This document shows, one piece after another, positions 1-10,167 of a stretch of 64,000 bases of DNA. Source of the stretch: Candidatus Latescibacterota bacterium (GTDB taxonomy: Bacteria; Latescibacterota; UBA2968; SICM01). The notes under the pieces were generated by a model, which ran no database searches, had not been told where the DNA came from, and was given only the letters and a program-made list of their open reading frames with translations. Location of the stretch: assembly GCA_965217865.1 (NCBI GenBank), contig CBDCJO010000002.1, positions 1,472,001 through 1,536,000 on the forward strand, read 5' to 3'. A program made the position numbers and the translations under genes. Position 1 is the first letter of the stretch. Each line of letters starts with the position of its first letter.

Positions 1-50
1 CGTTGCCCTTGGTTGAGGGATAACGCGCCGTTGGCGCTGAAAGAAGACCC
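1..50. repeat. REP-like palindromic intergenic repeat (partial at window edge); inverted copy at 57269-57318
   Basis: Reverse complement of 1-50 (GGGTCTTCTTTCAGCGCCAACGGCGCGTTATCCCTCAACCAAGGGCAACG) nearly matches 57269-57318; internal GCGCC-AAC-GGCGC hairpin. Confidence 0.75.
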
Positions 51-136
51 TGACTTTAGTCTCGGCTTCTCGATTAGCTCGAAGGGCCGAGTGTCGCGAA
101 GACAGGGTCCCCTATATTCCACAGAAAGCCAGGATG

Positions 137-1267
137 TCAACTGAGCGCTATCGGGTACTTCCCATATTTGTACGTGGCTTCGAGCATGGCGGCATAGTTG
201 TCGATCGGCACGTACTCCGGGATGGAGTTTCCGGAAGAGACGCAGTAACCTCCGCCGGGGGCGAGGTCGCGTATCCGTGTGCGCACCTCTTCGTCGACTT
301 CCTGAGGTGTTCCCTTTGTCAGGGTATATTGAAGATCGATGTTGCCCAGCAAGGCGATCCGATCGCCGTATTCCGCCTTTACCTGATTAATGTCGTGAGC
401 CTGCTTTTCCACGGGATGCCAGCCGGTGATTCCCGTGTCGATGAGCTCGTCGATGATCATGTCGATTTTCCCGTCCGTGTGATAGATCATGGGCTTGTCC
501 ACGGCTTTGGCCATATCACACATCGTCTTGTAGCAGGGAAAAACGAACTTTCGATAATGATCGGGGTGGACGAGGGGGCCGTTCTTTCCTGAAAGATCGT
601 CTGCGTGAAAGGTCATTCCCACGGCCGGATGCTCCATGGCGGCTTCCATGGCTCGCTGCTGCAGTGGGACAATTTTTCCGTATATCATCTCGATGAGCTC
701 GGGGTCATCCAGACAGCTCAGCATGAAGGTTTCCAGGCCCATCATGAACCAGACGCCGGTGAACACTTTTCCGATGATGGCGGTGATCTTCATTCCGGGG
801 GGGAGCAGCGCGCCGACCTCGTCGAGAACGGAGAAGTCCAGATTGTCCGGTTCGGGCCAGGGGAACTCTGCGAACTCCTCTTTGGTGGTGATCACCCCCT
901 GGTGCATTTCCGCCCAGTAGCGTTCCGTATAGGCCTCCAGTTCCGCACGATAAGTGCTTGTGGTATGGCTGGAGACAGCCACCTGGTCGGTTCTTTCGAC
1001 TTCCCGACGTTTGGCGTGGACACTGATAACAGTGAGCGACACGGGGTAGGAGTCGTAACCGGCTGTTCGGAAGAATTCCATCTCCTCAGCGTGTCCCTTG
1101 AGCGGCCTTCCCATGAACTGCTCCTTGATCTCAGGCTCGATGCTCATCTCAACAATGGGAACGAAGTCCGGCTCCTGATGGTTCAGGGCGGCCTTCAGTC
1201 GGTCAAAGTCCGGCTTTCTGTCGCCTTTCGCATCCAGGGCCCTCTGTACTGACTCTGAAAACGCCAT
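137..1267 (-). CDS. Uroporphyrinogen decarboxylase (URO-D)/MtaA-CmuA methyltransferase family protein
   Basis: EPDFVP N-terminal motif, DDL, YHTDG, GNID, GTPQEV, GGGYCVSSGNSIP; GGAGG RBS before ATG at 1267 (MAFSES). Confidence 0.85.
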   Translation of the reverse strand: MAFSESVQRALDAKGDRKPDFDRLKAALNHQEPDFVPIVEMSIEPEIKEQFMGRPLKGHAEEMEFFRTAGYDSYPVSLTVISVHAKRREVERTDQVAVSSHTTSTYRAELEAYTERYWAEMHQGVITTKEEFAEFPWPEPDNLDFSVLDEVGALLPPGMKITAIIGKVFTGVWFMMGLETFMLSCLDDPELIEMIYGKIVPLQQRAMEAAMEHPAVGMTFHADDLSGKNGPLVHPDHYRKFVFPCYKTMCDMAKAVDKPMIYHTDGKIDMIIDELIDTGITGWHPVEKQAHDINQVKAEYGDRIALLGNIDLQYTLTKGTPQEVDEEVRTRIRDLAPGGGYCVSSGNSIPEYVPIDNYAAMLEATYKYGKYPIALS

Positions 1268-1403
1268 TGACGTAACCTCCATTGTATACGAATTCTACAA
1301 GGATGTGGGATCACAATATATGCACTTCTAGAGATCCTGCAAAACAAATTTTCCGTGGGAAGGACCCTGTGTTTGAATGAACAAAGGCCTTCCTTTCTGG
1401 CCG

Positions 1404-1982
1404 CTACGCCCACCCCAAGGCGTTCTTGATCTCCTCGCGGCCGTCGAGCTCTGGAGGGGGAAATTCTCCTGCGCGAACCATATCGATGAGTTCTTGAGTG
1501 ACCTTCAGGATGCCAACGAGTTTCGTGCCTGTCACTAGACCGAGTTCGTAAGCCTGGCCGAGGTCGTCGAGATCCAGGACGCTGTGGGTCCTGAGGTCAT
1601 CCTTTATGATGATATCCGCGAAATGGTCCGCAAAAACCCAGGTGTTGTGCGCTTGATAGTAATCCGTATCTCCTACGTGAACATACCAGGTCCATTCTCT
1701 CCCAAGGCCGGAAAAGTGGATATTTTCCATGATTGTACAGCTTCGATCAAGAAGGTAGTAGACTATGGTCGTAGGACCGAAACCTTCCCCAGGGAAAGGC
1801 TTTTCGACGATCAATTTCTCCGAGGGTTGGTACCATCGCCAGTCGTCGTCGTTAGTCTTCCTGAAGGCCTCGGCTTTTTTTCGAATGTGCGCGGACACCA
1901 CTTCGGGTGAATTGACCTTGAACTCCGGTCCTTCTCCGTGTTCTTTTCCAAATCTACGCCATACCACCAAGGTTTTTTTCAT
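1404..1982 (-). CDS. DUF402-like protein (FomD/Ntdp-like fold)
   Basis: WYVHV...FADHFADIII...VLDLDDLGQAYELGLV pattern; start taken at MKKTLVV to avoid overlap with the FKBP gene. Confidence 0.6.
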   Translation of the reverse strand: MKKTLVVWRRFGKEHGEGPEFKVNSPEVVSAHIRKKAEAFRKTNDDDWRWYQPSEKLIVEKPFPGEGFGPTTIVYYLLDRSCTIMENIHFSGLGREWTWYVHVGDTDYYQAHNTWVFADHFADIIIKDDLRTHSVLDLDDLGQAYELGLVTGTKLVGILKVTQELIDMVRAGEFPPPELDGREEIKNALGWA

Positions 1983-2076
1983 TTTTGCGAAGCCTTTCGA
2001 TGGTCTGGGTTGGATTTTTGGTGAAGAGAATTGGGGCCTTCCGGCGGATATCAGTGTGCCGAATTCCGGCTCCCAA

Positions 2077-2508
2077 TTATTGGACTCCAAGCAATTCCAC
2101 TTCAAAAATCAGGATGGCGCTTTTCGGGATCCTCGGCGGGTGGCCCCTGAGACCATACCCCAGGGAAGGGGGGACCTTTAACTGCCGGATTCCACCCACC
2201 TTCATCGACAGCACACCTTCGTCCCAACCCTTGATCACCTTCTTCCGTCCGATTTCAAACGTGAAGGGTTGCTTCTTCACAGCCGAACTGTCGAACCGCT
2301 TCCCGTCAGTCAGCCACCCCGTGTAATGCACCGTCACCCGCGCCCCCGGACTCGGAGACGCTCCCACACCGACTTTGATGTCATAATACTGCAGTTCGCT
2401 TGCGGTCTTCACGTAATCCGATTCTGCAACCTGGGTGGGAGCCACGATCCCCACGCCTTGCTTTTTATCCTCAGTCCCCCCCGAAAACAGACGGCTCAGC
2501 CAGCCCAT
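2077..2508 (-). CDS. FKBP-type peptidyl-prolyl cis-trans isomerase
   Basis: VTVHYTGWLTDGKRFDSS, VIKGWDEGV, LGYG, IPKSAILIFEVELL. Confidence 0.95.
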   Translation of the reverse strand: MGWLSRLFSGGTEDKKQGVGIVAPTQVAESDYVKTASELQYYDIKVGVGASPSPGARVTVHYTGWLTDGKRFDSSAVKKQPFTFEIGRKKVIKGWDEGVLSMKVGGIRQLKVPPSLGYGLRGHPPRIPKSAILIFEVELLGVQ

Positions 2509-2738
2509 GATTTCTTCCCCTTTCGAAAAGAATTAAACGGATTCAGATTTATTCGTCTCCACTAAAGCCGAAAAGGTACGCGATTTTCACTTTGGAGGAG
2601 GATGTATTTCAAAGCCCGCCGGAAAGGGAATCCAAGCGGGCTCTGTTTTGAACGATGTGTTCAGAAAAACGATCGTTTTTCGAGATCCGAAAGCTTAAGC
2701 TTACAGCGCCCACTGAGCCCGAGTCGACAGCAACAAGA

Positions 2739-3134
2739 TTATGATTTGTAGATCAGTGAAGAAACAATTCCGGAACCGAGTCCTTTTAAGACTCCGGCCG
2801 CCACCCATCCCAGTGTGAGGGTAAGCGGTATAGGCAAATAACAGTATGTGGCCAACTGGAGAGAACCCAGAAGCAATCCCAAATATAAACCGAAGCGGAA
2901 CCCTTCGCAAATCCCTTTGCCCTCAGCGTTTCGTGTAAAAATGAACACCGCGATGAAGGAAAAGAAGATCTGGCTCATGAGAATGAAGGCCATCTTTTGT
3001 TCCCCCTCCGGGCGCCACAAATGCGCTGTCTCTTCATAGAGGCCCTTCAGGAGAAGAGTATGGAACAGAAATTCGAACAAGAACACGAAAATAAATACAG
3101 CGATCGAAGAAATTATAAAACGCGGAACGTTCAT
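2739..3134 (-). CDS. Small integral membrane protein (about 4 TM helices), function unknown
   Basis: Four hydrophobic segments; AAAGGAGG RBS before ATG at 3134. Confidence 0.75.
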   Translation of the reverse strand: MNVPRFIISSIAVFIFVFLFEFLFHTLLLKGLYEETAHLWRPEGEQKMAFILMSQIFFSFIAVFIFTRNAEGKGICEGFRFGLYLGLLLGSLQLATYCYLPIPLTLTLGWVAAGVLKGLGSGIVSSLIYKS

Positions 3135-3159
3135 GACAGCCCTCCTTTGATATGGATTC

Positions 3160-3196
3160 ATTGAATATCGAATATCGGGGAATTGAATATTTGAAC
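3160..3196. repeat. Short GAATAT-rich degenerate tandem repeat; inverted related copy at 25981-26017
   Basis: TTGAATATCGAATATCGGGGAATTGAATATTTGAAC resembles the reverse complement of 25981-26017. Confidence 0.5.
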
Positions 3197-3254
3197 AATT
3201 TACGACTTTCTTAGTGATCTTCCAATCTTCAATTTCCTCCTGCCCCTGCCCGGG

Positions 3255-4037
3255 TCAAGCCCGCACCTTTTGTAGGATTCTGGCTTGAAGCAGCCTTTGC
3301 GCGGACATCTCTCCGAAGGATGCGCCGCAGTTCCTTAGATCCTCCACGACTTTGAAGTGGTCATATTTCAACCGGTGGTTCTCCACTTGCCATTCGTTAT
3401 CCTTCCAGGTTACGGTTGCATATCCAGCCCGGGGATCCCCGTCAAACGGAAAACCGACCGAATCGATGATTGCGTACCGCTGGCAGCACGGGAAGCCATA
3501 TGAAGCATAATGGAGATGGCCCGCCAGAATCAGGTTTGCCTTCACATCTCCGAGCAGGACCCTGGCCTCCTCTTCGGGCGTTACCTCCAGGTTCCTGAGC
3601 TTGTCGGCCTTCAATACCAGGACACCGTTAGCATCGGTGGGTGTTGCGTGCACAATGAGAAGGTCGTCTTGGGGAGACTTTCCTCCGGGCGGTGTGATCC
3701 TGTGTTCGAAGGGAAGGCCCTTTATATAATCTACCCCGTCTCTTCCGATCTTTTCCCGGACCCAGTCGAGGTCATCCCCCGAATACGCTCTGTCAACCAC
3801 AAACAGATCTGCGTTTCCGTGGATGATCGGGCATTTCAAGTTGCCCAAGAGGTCGAGGCTCTGAACCGGTTTCGGTCCGGAAAGGACAAGGTCTCCGGCA
3901 ATCACCAGGGCGTCATACGATCGGTGCTTGAGATCGTCCAGCACAACCTCGAGAGCGTCGGCGTTGCCGTGAATATCCGCGATGACTGCCACCGAGTATG
4001 GATGATCGCGAGTCTCTTCACTTATCGAATGGTTCAC
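3255..4037 (-). CDS. Metallophosphoesterase (calcineurin-like, YfcE/Metallophos_2)
   Basis: DIHGN, GDLV, GNAD, HA and GHLH motifs. Confidence 0.9.
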   Translation of the reverse strand: MNHSISEETRDHPYSVAVIADIHGNADALEVVLDDLKHRSYDALVIAGDLVLSGPKPVQSLDLLGNLKCPIIHGNADLFVVDRAYSGDDLDWVREKIGRDGVDYIKGLPFEHRITPPGGKSPQDDLLIVHATPTDANGVLVLKADKLRNLEVTPEEEARVLLGDVKANLILAGHLHYASYGFPCCQRYAIIDSVGFPFDGDPRAGYATVTWKDNEWQVENHRLKYDHFKVVEDLRNCGASFGEMSAQRLLQARILQKVRA

Positions 4038-5038
4038 GCCGGAACGCCCTCAACGATACTCACCCAGGTCGCTGTCCGGGCGATTCGGGTGAGTTTCAAT
4101 CCTGCCTTAGACAGGAGATCCCGATACTGCGCTTCCGTGCGCTCCAACCCCCCGGTCACCGCCATCATGTTTATGTCCATCAACTCACCGATCCCGGACA
4201 TGTTCTCCAGGGGCACAACAATCTCAATCACCAGGACTCTGGCCCCCGTGGGCATCGCGGTTCGGCAGTTCTCGAGGATTTTTACCGCGCTTTCATCGTT
4301 CCAATCGTGGATGATGCGTTTCAGGAGGTATGCATCGTTGTTTTCGGGTACGGCCGTGAAGAAGTCTCCGCCGATGACCCGGCAGCGATCGGCCAGACCC
4401 TCTTTCTCGAACAGCTCGGATGCGCCTTCCGTCACTGAAGGTAAATCGAAAAGGACCCCCTTGAGCGATGGAAAGCCCTTCAATAAGGCGGCCAGAAGGA
4501 AACCGTGTCCGCCGCCCACATCGACAAGGGTACCAAAACCCGAAAAGTCATAGGCCTCTAGGACGGCCTCCGCATCCAGCGTGGAAGCGGATGTCATGGC
4601 TTCGTTGAAGACGGCATGCTCATCGGGCCTGCTTTGTAAATGTTTAAAAATATTTGTTCCAAACACGCTATCGAAAACAGGTTCTCCGGTTTCAACACCG
4701 TGAAGAAGATGGGGCCAGACGCGGTACATCGATTCGCTCCCGTGCATGATGGCATACCCGCGCAAGGAGCCAGGGGTGTCGGTTTTCAACAGCTCCGCTT
4801 GGGGGGTGAGGGCGAACCGGCGGGGCTCCGGTTCCGCGTATATGTCCAGGCTGGACAGCGCCCGCAGGACACGGTAGAGTGACGGCACGTGGGTGCCGGT
4901 GGACTCTGCGAGTTCTTCGACGGATTTTGGACCGTCTTTCAAAAGATCGCTTATGCCCAGCCCTGCGGCTACCGCTATTAATTGTGTTTCTATCTTTCCG
5001 TAGATTCCCCGCAATAATCGTTGTGCCGGGTCTGTCAT
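4034..5038 (-). CDS. SAM-dependent O-methyltransferase family 2 with dimerisation domain
   Basis: LVDVGGGHG, LFDLP, GDFF, IIHDWND motifs; overlaps downstream gene by 4 nt. Confidence 0.92.
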   Translation of the reverse strand: MTDPAQRLLRGIYGKIETQLIAVAAGLGISDLLKDGPKSVEELAESTGTHVPSLYRVLRALSSLDIYAEPEPRRFALTPQAELLKTDTPGSLRGYAIMHGSESMYRVWPHLLHGVETGEPVFDSVFGTNIFKHLQSRPDEHAVFNEAMTSASTLDAEAVLEAYDFSGFGTLVDVGGGHGFLLAALLKGFPSLKGVLFDLPSVTEGASELFEKEGLADRCRVIGGDFFTAVPENNDAYLLKRIIHDWNDESAVKILENCRTAMPTGARVLVIEIVVPLENMSGIGELMDINMMAVTGGLERTEAQYRDLLSKAGLKLTRIARTATWVSIVEGVPA

Positions 5039-5058
5039 TCGGATTTTTCCTTCATGAC

Positions 5059-5173
5059 ACCCCTCCCCCGGCCCCTCCCCGATGCGGGGAGGGGAGGTAA
5101 TGCGATTGTAGTTTAGCTAAATTAAAGGCTTTATCCCCCTTCCCGTTTCGGGAAGGGGGTTTGGGGGTTAGGT
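5059..5173. repeat. Paired REP-like GC-rich hairpins
   Basis: CCCCTCCCCG-ATG-CGGGGAGGGG and CCCCCTTCCCG-TTT-CGGGAAGGGGG; similar hairpins at 39566-39635 and 40315-40367. Confidence 0.65.
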
Positions 5174-5228
5174 TTGACTCCTTGCCCAATTTTGTACGTC
5201 CGTCAAGTATATTCTGTAATGAAAGACT

Positions 5229-8123
5229 CTAACCCTTGAGGGTGGACATAGTGATCTCTCCCGGTTTGAATCTCACCAGAATTCCATCGTCAATCCGCTT
5301 GAGAAGGTCCGCCCCTCTTACATCCTTAAAGCTTCTCCCTGACAGTTTAATTGAGGCAGTGAAATAGAGTTCGGGAGGGATTCTTTTCGTCCAGGGTGGA
5401 AGGGAGGCGGTGAACTTCAAAGTATTTTCCCGCCATTCCGTTTTGTTGATGCAAGCGGATGTTCCCGATATGTGAGGAACAATCTCTCCCTGATGCGATA
5501 CCTTCAGCTCGTAAATTCCTTTTCGGTTTGGGAGAAACAGTTGAACTCCGTCAAAGTAATGCCAAGAACGTCCGTTGACCTCGGCCCGGGTTATCGGGCT
5601 ACTGAATGCCACTCGAGGGGCAAAGATGAAAGGCGTCACTGAAAAGACTTTCACGGTACACCTGCTTCCTCCTCTGATCTTCGCAATGTCCTTCATGGCA
5701 AGGATATACTGACAGCCCCAACCCGGTTTCACCAGCCCCTTGATGAATCCTTCCTTTTGCACCCAGGCGCTCCCGTGGGGTGGGAGGTACAACTTCAGAA
5801 AGTCGCTTTTCCTGTCCTCTTTGCTCGGCTGGGCGCCTCTGTAGAACCACCAGCCAAACTCCTGAACCAGATAGGGATCGCGGCCGGCACCGGCGATCTT
5901 GACGACCTTCGACAAGGGAATCGGATGCCGATTCCGGACTCTTTTGGGCGTCATGTCGACTTTAATGGTCGTCTCTTTCCGCAGTTCTTTTCTCAGTGCG
6001 ACCAGATCCTTCCGTTTGTAAAGGTCGGTCGGCACCACGAAGGCAAGCTCTATCTCTTCCTCTTTGACGTTTGGGCTTTCCAACACAAGGTTTTTCGACA
6101 AGGTCCAGATCAGATTCTTAACCCTCCCCCTTTTCAAGATGAGGACGGCCAGATCGGGTTTCAGGCCTCTGCTGTCTCTCAGTGTAAACTCGTCATCGGG
6201 CAGGTTCGTTAATCCGATGTGGCAGTCCTTCCTGAAAACCCGCTTTCCGATGAGCAGCCGGTCATATCCCTCCGCCCCGATGGCGGTGCCGATATCCTGA
6301 GTCGCACCGGCCACAGTCCTCCTGATTCCGAGGCGAAGGCAGGGACTGTCATTCCCCACGCTGAACCGGCGAATCTCTTCATATTTTGAACCGTTGACCG
6401 TCATCGTCGAGGTGGAGCGAATCACGGCTTTGTGTCCGCCCGCCTCTGTGATTTCGGTCTTTTGCTGACGCCCTTTTGTCTTTCCGGTGATGATTGCCCT
6501 GATGAATTCCCCGGTTATCTGAACGCTTAAAGAATTGCTGTCAAAATGGGCAAGGCGCTCCACATCGTAGACAAGGGCCCCGCCGTCTTTCCGGGGATGA
6601 ATATAGGCTCTCAGGTAATTGTTCTGGATAACGCACGTTCTGGCGGGATATTGACTTCTTTCCCTCCAGCCCGTTACCTCGGTCGGACCGATTTCGGGAT
6701 AGGCCTGTCGCGTTTTTGCCAGGATACCGTCTACCCCGCTGACTAACAGGTTATAGGCCAGCGCGCACCTGATGGGGTCCAGGCCGAGCGCATAGACATA
6801 TTGTCTTGTCTCATCGGGACAGATGTTCTCCGCCTCGTTTAGCCAGACAATAGCGGTCTCGTGAGCCGTGTCCCTGTTCCTGGCCCTCGGTCTAAAGGCA
6901 TCGTTGCATTGCTTGATGACCCAATCCGGGTAGGTCCCACCGCTGGCCTGCGTGAAGTATTCGCCCCATACTTTTCTGTTCGCCTTGTTGGTCCTGGCAT
7001 CCAGCTGGTAGAACACGAATCCCTGTCCGTATTCGCTCTGCGGATTGATCCATCCGTATCGGGGTTCTTTGTCATCATACCCCGACATGAATATGCTCTC
7101 GTCGCGGACGCGGCCAAGGTGGATCAGGGTGGGAATGCCAGTGACATAATTCGGAACGGGAAGGGCGAAGGACGGCGTAAGCCAAAAATCCTGATAGAAT
7201 CCGAGAGACAAACCGGGGTTATACTCCCACATGATGGTATTGACCCACGGAAAATCGTCCGTCCATCCGTGTGTTTCAGCGTGAAATCCGTCAATGGCTG
7301 AATCCCAGCCATGTTCCGAGGGGTTTGAGAAGTCCCGGGAAATCTTCCGCAGGAATCTCTCCATCAATTCTGCGCGCGCCGTTTTATCTTCTAAGGTGGC
7401 GCTCTTCTTGCTCAAGTCCAAAGGGGCATGGGTGAGGTACCAGTGAATCAGCATGTTCCGGCCATGCGTATAACTCGTGAGTTCCGAAAACTCAGCTTCT
7501 TTCCATTTGGGATTATCGAGATACAGATAGTGGCTCGTGGTCTTGATCGGGTCTTCCTCGTCCCAGGGAAAGGGGAGGCAGTCCCGGTGGCGAGGGGGGG
7601 AAGCGTGGGCCGGAGAGAAGACAAGCAAATTTGCGCCCCATTTGTAGCTTTCATCGATCGCCCGGTGCTTGAAATAGTCGAGATCGACACCATACACGCC
7701 TGCAGGCCGATTCCTTTGATAGTACATCTCGCAGTCCCACCCCCAAACATCCAGACAGATCCTTCCGGGATGCTCCGTCTGGAGCGAGTGGTCCACGGGC
7801 TTAGCCGTATATGATGTTAAGGAGAGGCTTGTTACTGTACATTTGCTTTGTCCCTTTTTAGCTGTCAAAGAAAAGGTGTGACTGCCTCCCTCTGTGCAGA
7901 TGAAGGGTGCCAGCGCCAGGAAGCTGCGGTTCTTATCCCTTTCACGTTGGGGTGGAATGCTGAAGACCCCGATTTCCCGGCCGTCGAATTGGACCATGCA
8001 GAGATTGTGGTCCTTTTCCTTTTTGATTCTCAATTTGAGACGATAACAGCCCGGCTCGACGTCGTGCTGAAAGTTCAGGGGCCGTTTGCCAATGTCGGAT
8101 TTCACCTCTTTGCTGAATTGCAT
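5229..8123 (-). CDS. Large hypothetical protein (964 aa), possibly a glycoside-hydrolase-like catalytic domain plus beta-sandwich domains
   Basis: Long uninterrupted ORF co-oriented with CAZyme genes; IDGFHAE strand-like motif; family not recognised. Confidence 0.7.
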   Translation of the reverse strand: MQFSKEVKSDIGKRPLNFQHDVEPGCYRLKLRIKKEKDHNLCMVQFDGREIGVFSIPPQRERDKNRSFLALAPFICTEGGSHTFSLTAKKGQSKCTVTSLSLTSYTAKPVDHSLQTEHPGRICLDVWGWDCEMYYQRNRPAGVYGVDLDYFKHRAIDESYKWGANLLVFSPAHASPPRHRDCLPFPWDEEDPIKTTSHYLYLDNPKWKEAEFSELTSYTHGRNMLIHWYLTHAPLDLSKKSATLEDKTARAELMERFLRKISRDFSNPSEHGWDSAIDGFHAETHGWTDDFPWVNTIMWEYNPGLSLGFYQDFWLTPSFALPVPNYVTGIPTLIHLGRVRDESIFMSGYDDKEPRYGWINPQSEYGQGFVFYQLDARTNKANRKVWGEYFTQASGGTYPDWVIKQCNDAFRPRARNRDTAHETAIVWLNEAENICPDETRQYVYALGLDPIRCALAYNLLVSGVDGILAKTRQAYPEIGPTEVTGWRERSQYPARTCVIQNNYLRAYIHPRKDGGALVYDVERLAHFDSNSLSVQITGEFIRAIITGKTKGRQQKTEITEAGGHKAVIRSTSTMTVNGSKYEEIRRFSVGNDSPCLRLGIRRTVAGATQDIGTAIGAEGYDRLLIGKRVFRKDCHIGLTNLPDDEFTLRDSRGLKPDLAVLILKRGRVKNLIWTLSKNLVLESPNVKEEEIELAFVVPTDLYKRKDLVALRKELRKETTIKVDMTPKRVRNRHPIPLSKVVKIAGAGRDPYLVQEFGWWFYRGAQPSKEDRKSDFLKLYLPPHGSAWVQKEGFIKGLVKPGWGCQYILAMKDIAKIRGGSRCTVKVFSVTPFIFAPRVAFSSPITRAEVNGRSWHYFDGVQLFLPNRKGIYELKVSHQGEIVPHISGTSACINKTEWRENTLKFTASLPPWTKRIPPELYFTASIKLSGRSFKDVRGADLLKRIDDGILVRFKPGEITMSTLKG

Positions 8124-8218
8124 ATGCCACTCTCGTTGCCGTTAAGTGTGAGCGGATGGGCCTGTGGGCAACTGAAGGCCCTGCTTGCAGGGGTGGGATG
8201 AACCGGGGTCATCCTGTT

Positions 8219-10159
8219 TCAGATTGGTCTGCCGCTTCGAAGCGGATTGGATCTGCTGAAACGCGTTTTCCTCACACCGTCGATTTTCAGCCAGGACCTG
8301 TATGGTGTTCCCGTTTCACCTGCGCTGGCGAAGTCGCAAAGGCGGACTTTTCGACCGTCGGGGGCCTGGACCTCCATCAACATGAACGGGGGATGCCAGT
8401 CCCTGTATCGAAGGAATCGGCCTTTCAGCGTCCCGGCTTCAAGGGTCGGGATGTCATCCCTGACGAAGGGCACATCGGGCTCCAGTTCGGTTCCCCCAAC
8501 GGTCACGGGATCAGGCAGCGGCACGTCGCCGGGGGGAAAGTCGTTGTAGCGCCGATCGTAGGCCATCAGGATGGGTCCGCGATACATCGAGGCCTTCCCT
8601 TCACATTCCTTTGCGCCCGCCCAGAAATGCCAGGACATGTCGAGAGCGATCTCCACCCGATCTCCCCGTTTCCAACGGCGGTCCAGGCGCAGGTACTCGC
8701 CCGGTCGGACGTTCCCGATTCTCCGGCCGTTCACGCGCACACGGGATTCTTTCGACCAGCAGGGGATCCGCAGTTTCAGCACGAACTGCGCCACCCTGGA
8801 AGGCGAAACCGTCAGGCGGATCGTTCCCTTCCGTGGATACTCGGTTTCCTGTTTAAGGGTAATGGTCAGCCCCGATCGAATTTCGGCTTTCATCCTGCAC
8901 GGACCGTAATAGTTCAGGAGAACCCCCTCCTCATCCCGCATGATCGCCCAATCGCTGATCTGGCCGAACCCACGCGGGGCGTTGGCCGAACAGCAGTTGA
9001 ACTCGGCTGTCCCTCTTCGCGCCTGCCAGTTTTTGCTCATTTTGAACAGGTCCCTGATCCCATCCATGGGGGTGTCATAGGTCACCCATCTCCCGGAGGA
9101 CGAGAACAGTCCCGCCACGGAGTTCAGCGTCGAAAGTTCGATCTCGTCAGCGACGATAGAATTGGCCGTCATGCGGAGCATCTCGATGCTCATGGCGATC
9201 CAGGCAATCGTGCAGCATGTCTCGATCGAGCCGGGATGATAGGGGTTCCCCGCGGCTTCCTCATCGGAGCTGAAGGCTCCGTTATTGTGGCGATCCAGCT
9301 TCGCAATGCCCCACCAATAATGCGTGAACACACGGAGGTAGACGTCCTCCCCGGTCGCCGTGTAGAGTTCTCCGATGCCCATCAGCACGTGGAGCATCTC
9401 CCAACGGGGATTCGCGGTCTGGTACAACTCCCGGCCCTCGAGGGCGTCCTCGATGTAGTTCCCGGCTGGGCGTCCCTCCCGGGTGGTCCGGGGGAAATCC
9501 TCTGTGATCTTCAATGCGAGCCTGAGATAACGTTCGACACGAGTCTTCCTGTAGAGTATAGCCAGGGCGTGAATGGGGCTCAGGTTCACCGGGATGCCCG
9601 TGTCGATCAGCCTCCGATCACCATCCAGGTAGATCCGGCACAACAGGTCAGCCATCTTGCGGACACAATTCAAGGCCTTCCGATCACCGGTTTCTTCGTG
9701 CCAGAGCATGAGGGCGTACATCAAGTGGTAATGTCCCCAGGCGTCCCAGGTCTTCCCCGGTCCGTGATGGGTCATCGCATTCTTTGAGACCACGCAGTTG
9801 GGCGCGTAGCCGGTCAGACGAGATCCTTTTGGCCACGGACCGAGGTAGCCGTCATCGTCCTGGTAGGCGATCAGGGTCTGAACGAATTCCTCCAGGACGC
9901 GATGGAGTTCTTTGTCGTGGGTCAGCCGGAGCATTTCGATCGCCCCGGTCAGGTACTTTCCCGGGTACTCGCCCTCGTGTCCCCAGTGTCCCCGGAGGGG
10001 TAAACGGTCGCGGTCTCTTAACATTTCGAGCACTCCGGGATTCGACCCGGGCGCCACCTTGAGCCAGCGCTCAGTGATATTTCGAACGTAATCGCCGACC
10101 CATCCATTCAAATCGTAACGACACCTCGGTATCCGCTCACATTTAGGTTGTGCAGGCAT
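8219..10159 (-). CDS. GH127/GH146-like beta-L-arabinofuranosidase family glycoside hydrolase
   Basis: GEYPGKYL, QDDDGYLG, ETCC and CCSAN Zn/Cys motifs, C-terminal LKLRIPCW beta-sandwich. Confidence 0.85.
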   Translation of the reverse strand: MPAQPKCERIPRCRYDLNGWVGDYVRNITERWLKVAPGSNPGVLEMLRDRDRLPLRGHWGHEGEYPGKYLTGAIEMLRLTHDKELHRVLEEFVQTLIAYQDDDGYLGPWPKGSRLTGYAPNCVVSKNAMTHHGPGKTWDAWGHYHLMYALMLWHEETGDRKALNCVRKMADLLCRIYLDGDRRLIDTGIPVNLSPIHALAILYRKTRVERYLRLALKITEDFPRTTREGRPAGNYIEDALEGRELYQTANPRWEMLHVLMGIGELYTATGEDVYLRVFTHYWWGIAKLDRHNNGAFSSDEEAAGNPYHPGSIETCCTIAWIAMSIEMLRMTANSIVADEIELSTLNSVAGLFSSSGRWVTYDTPMDGIRDLFKMSKNWQARRGTAEFNCCSANAPRGFGQISDWAIMRDEEGVLLNYYGPCRMKAEIRSGLTITLKQETEYPRKGTIRLTVSPSRVAQFVLKLRIPCWSKESRVRVNGRRIGNVRPGEYLRLDRRWKRGDRVEIALDMSWHFWAGAKECEGKASMYRGPILMAYDRRYNDFPPGDVPLPDPVTVGGTELEPDVPFVRDDIPTLEAGTLKGRFLRYRDWHPPFMLMEVQAPDGRKVRLCDFASAGETGTPYRSWLKIDGVRKTRFSRSNPLRSGRPI

Positions 10160-10167
10160 GGGTTACC

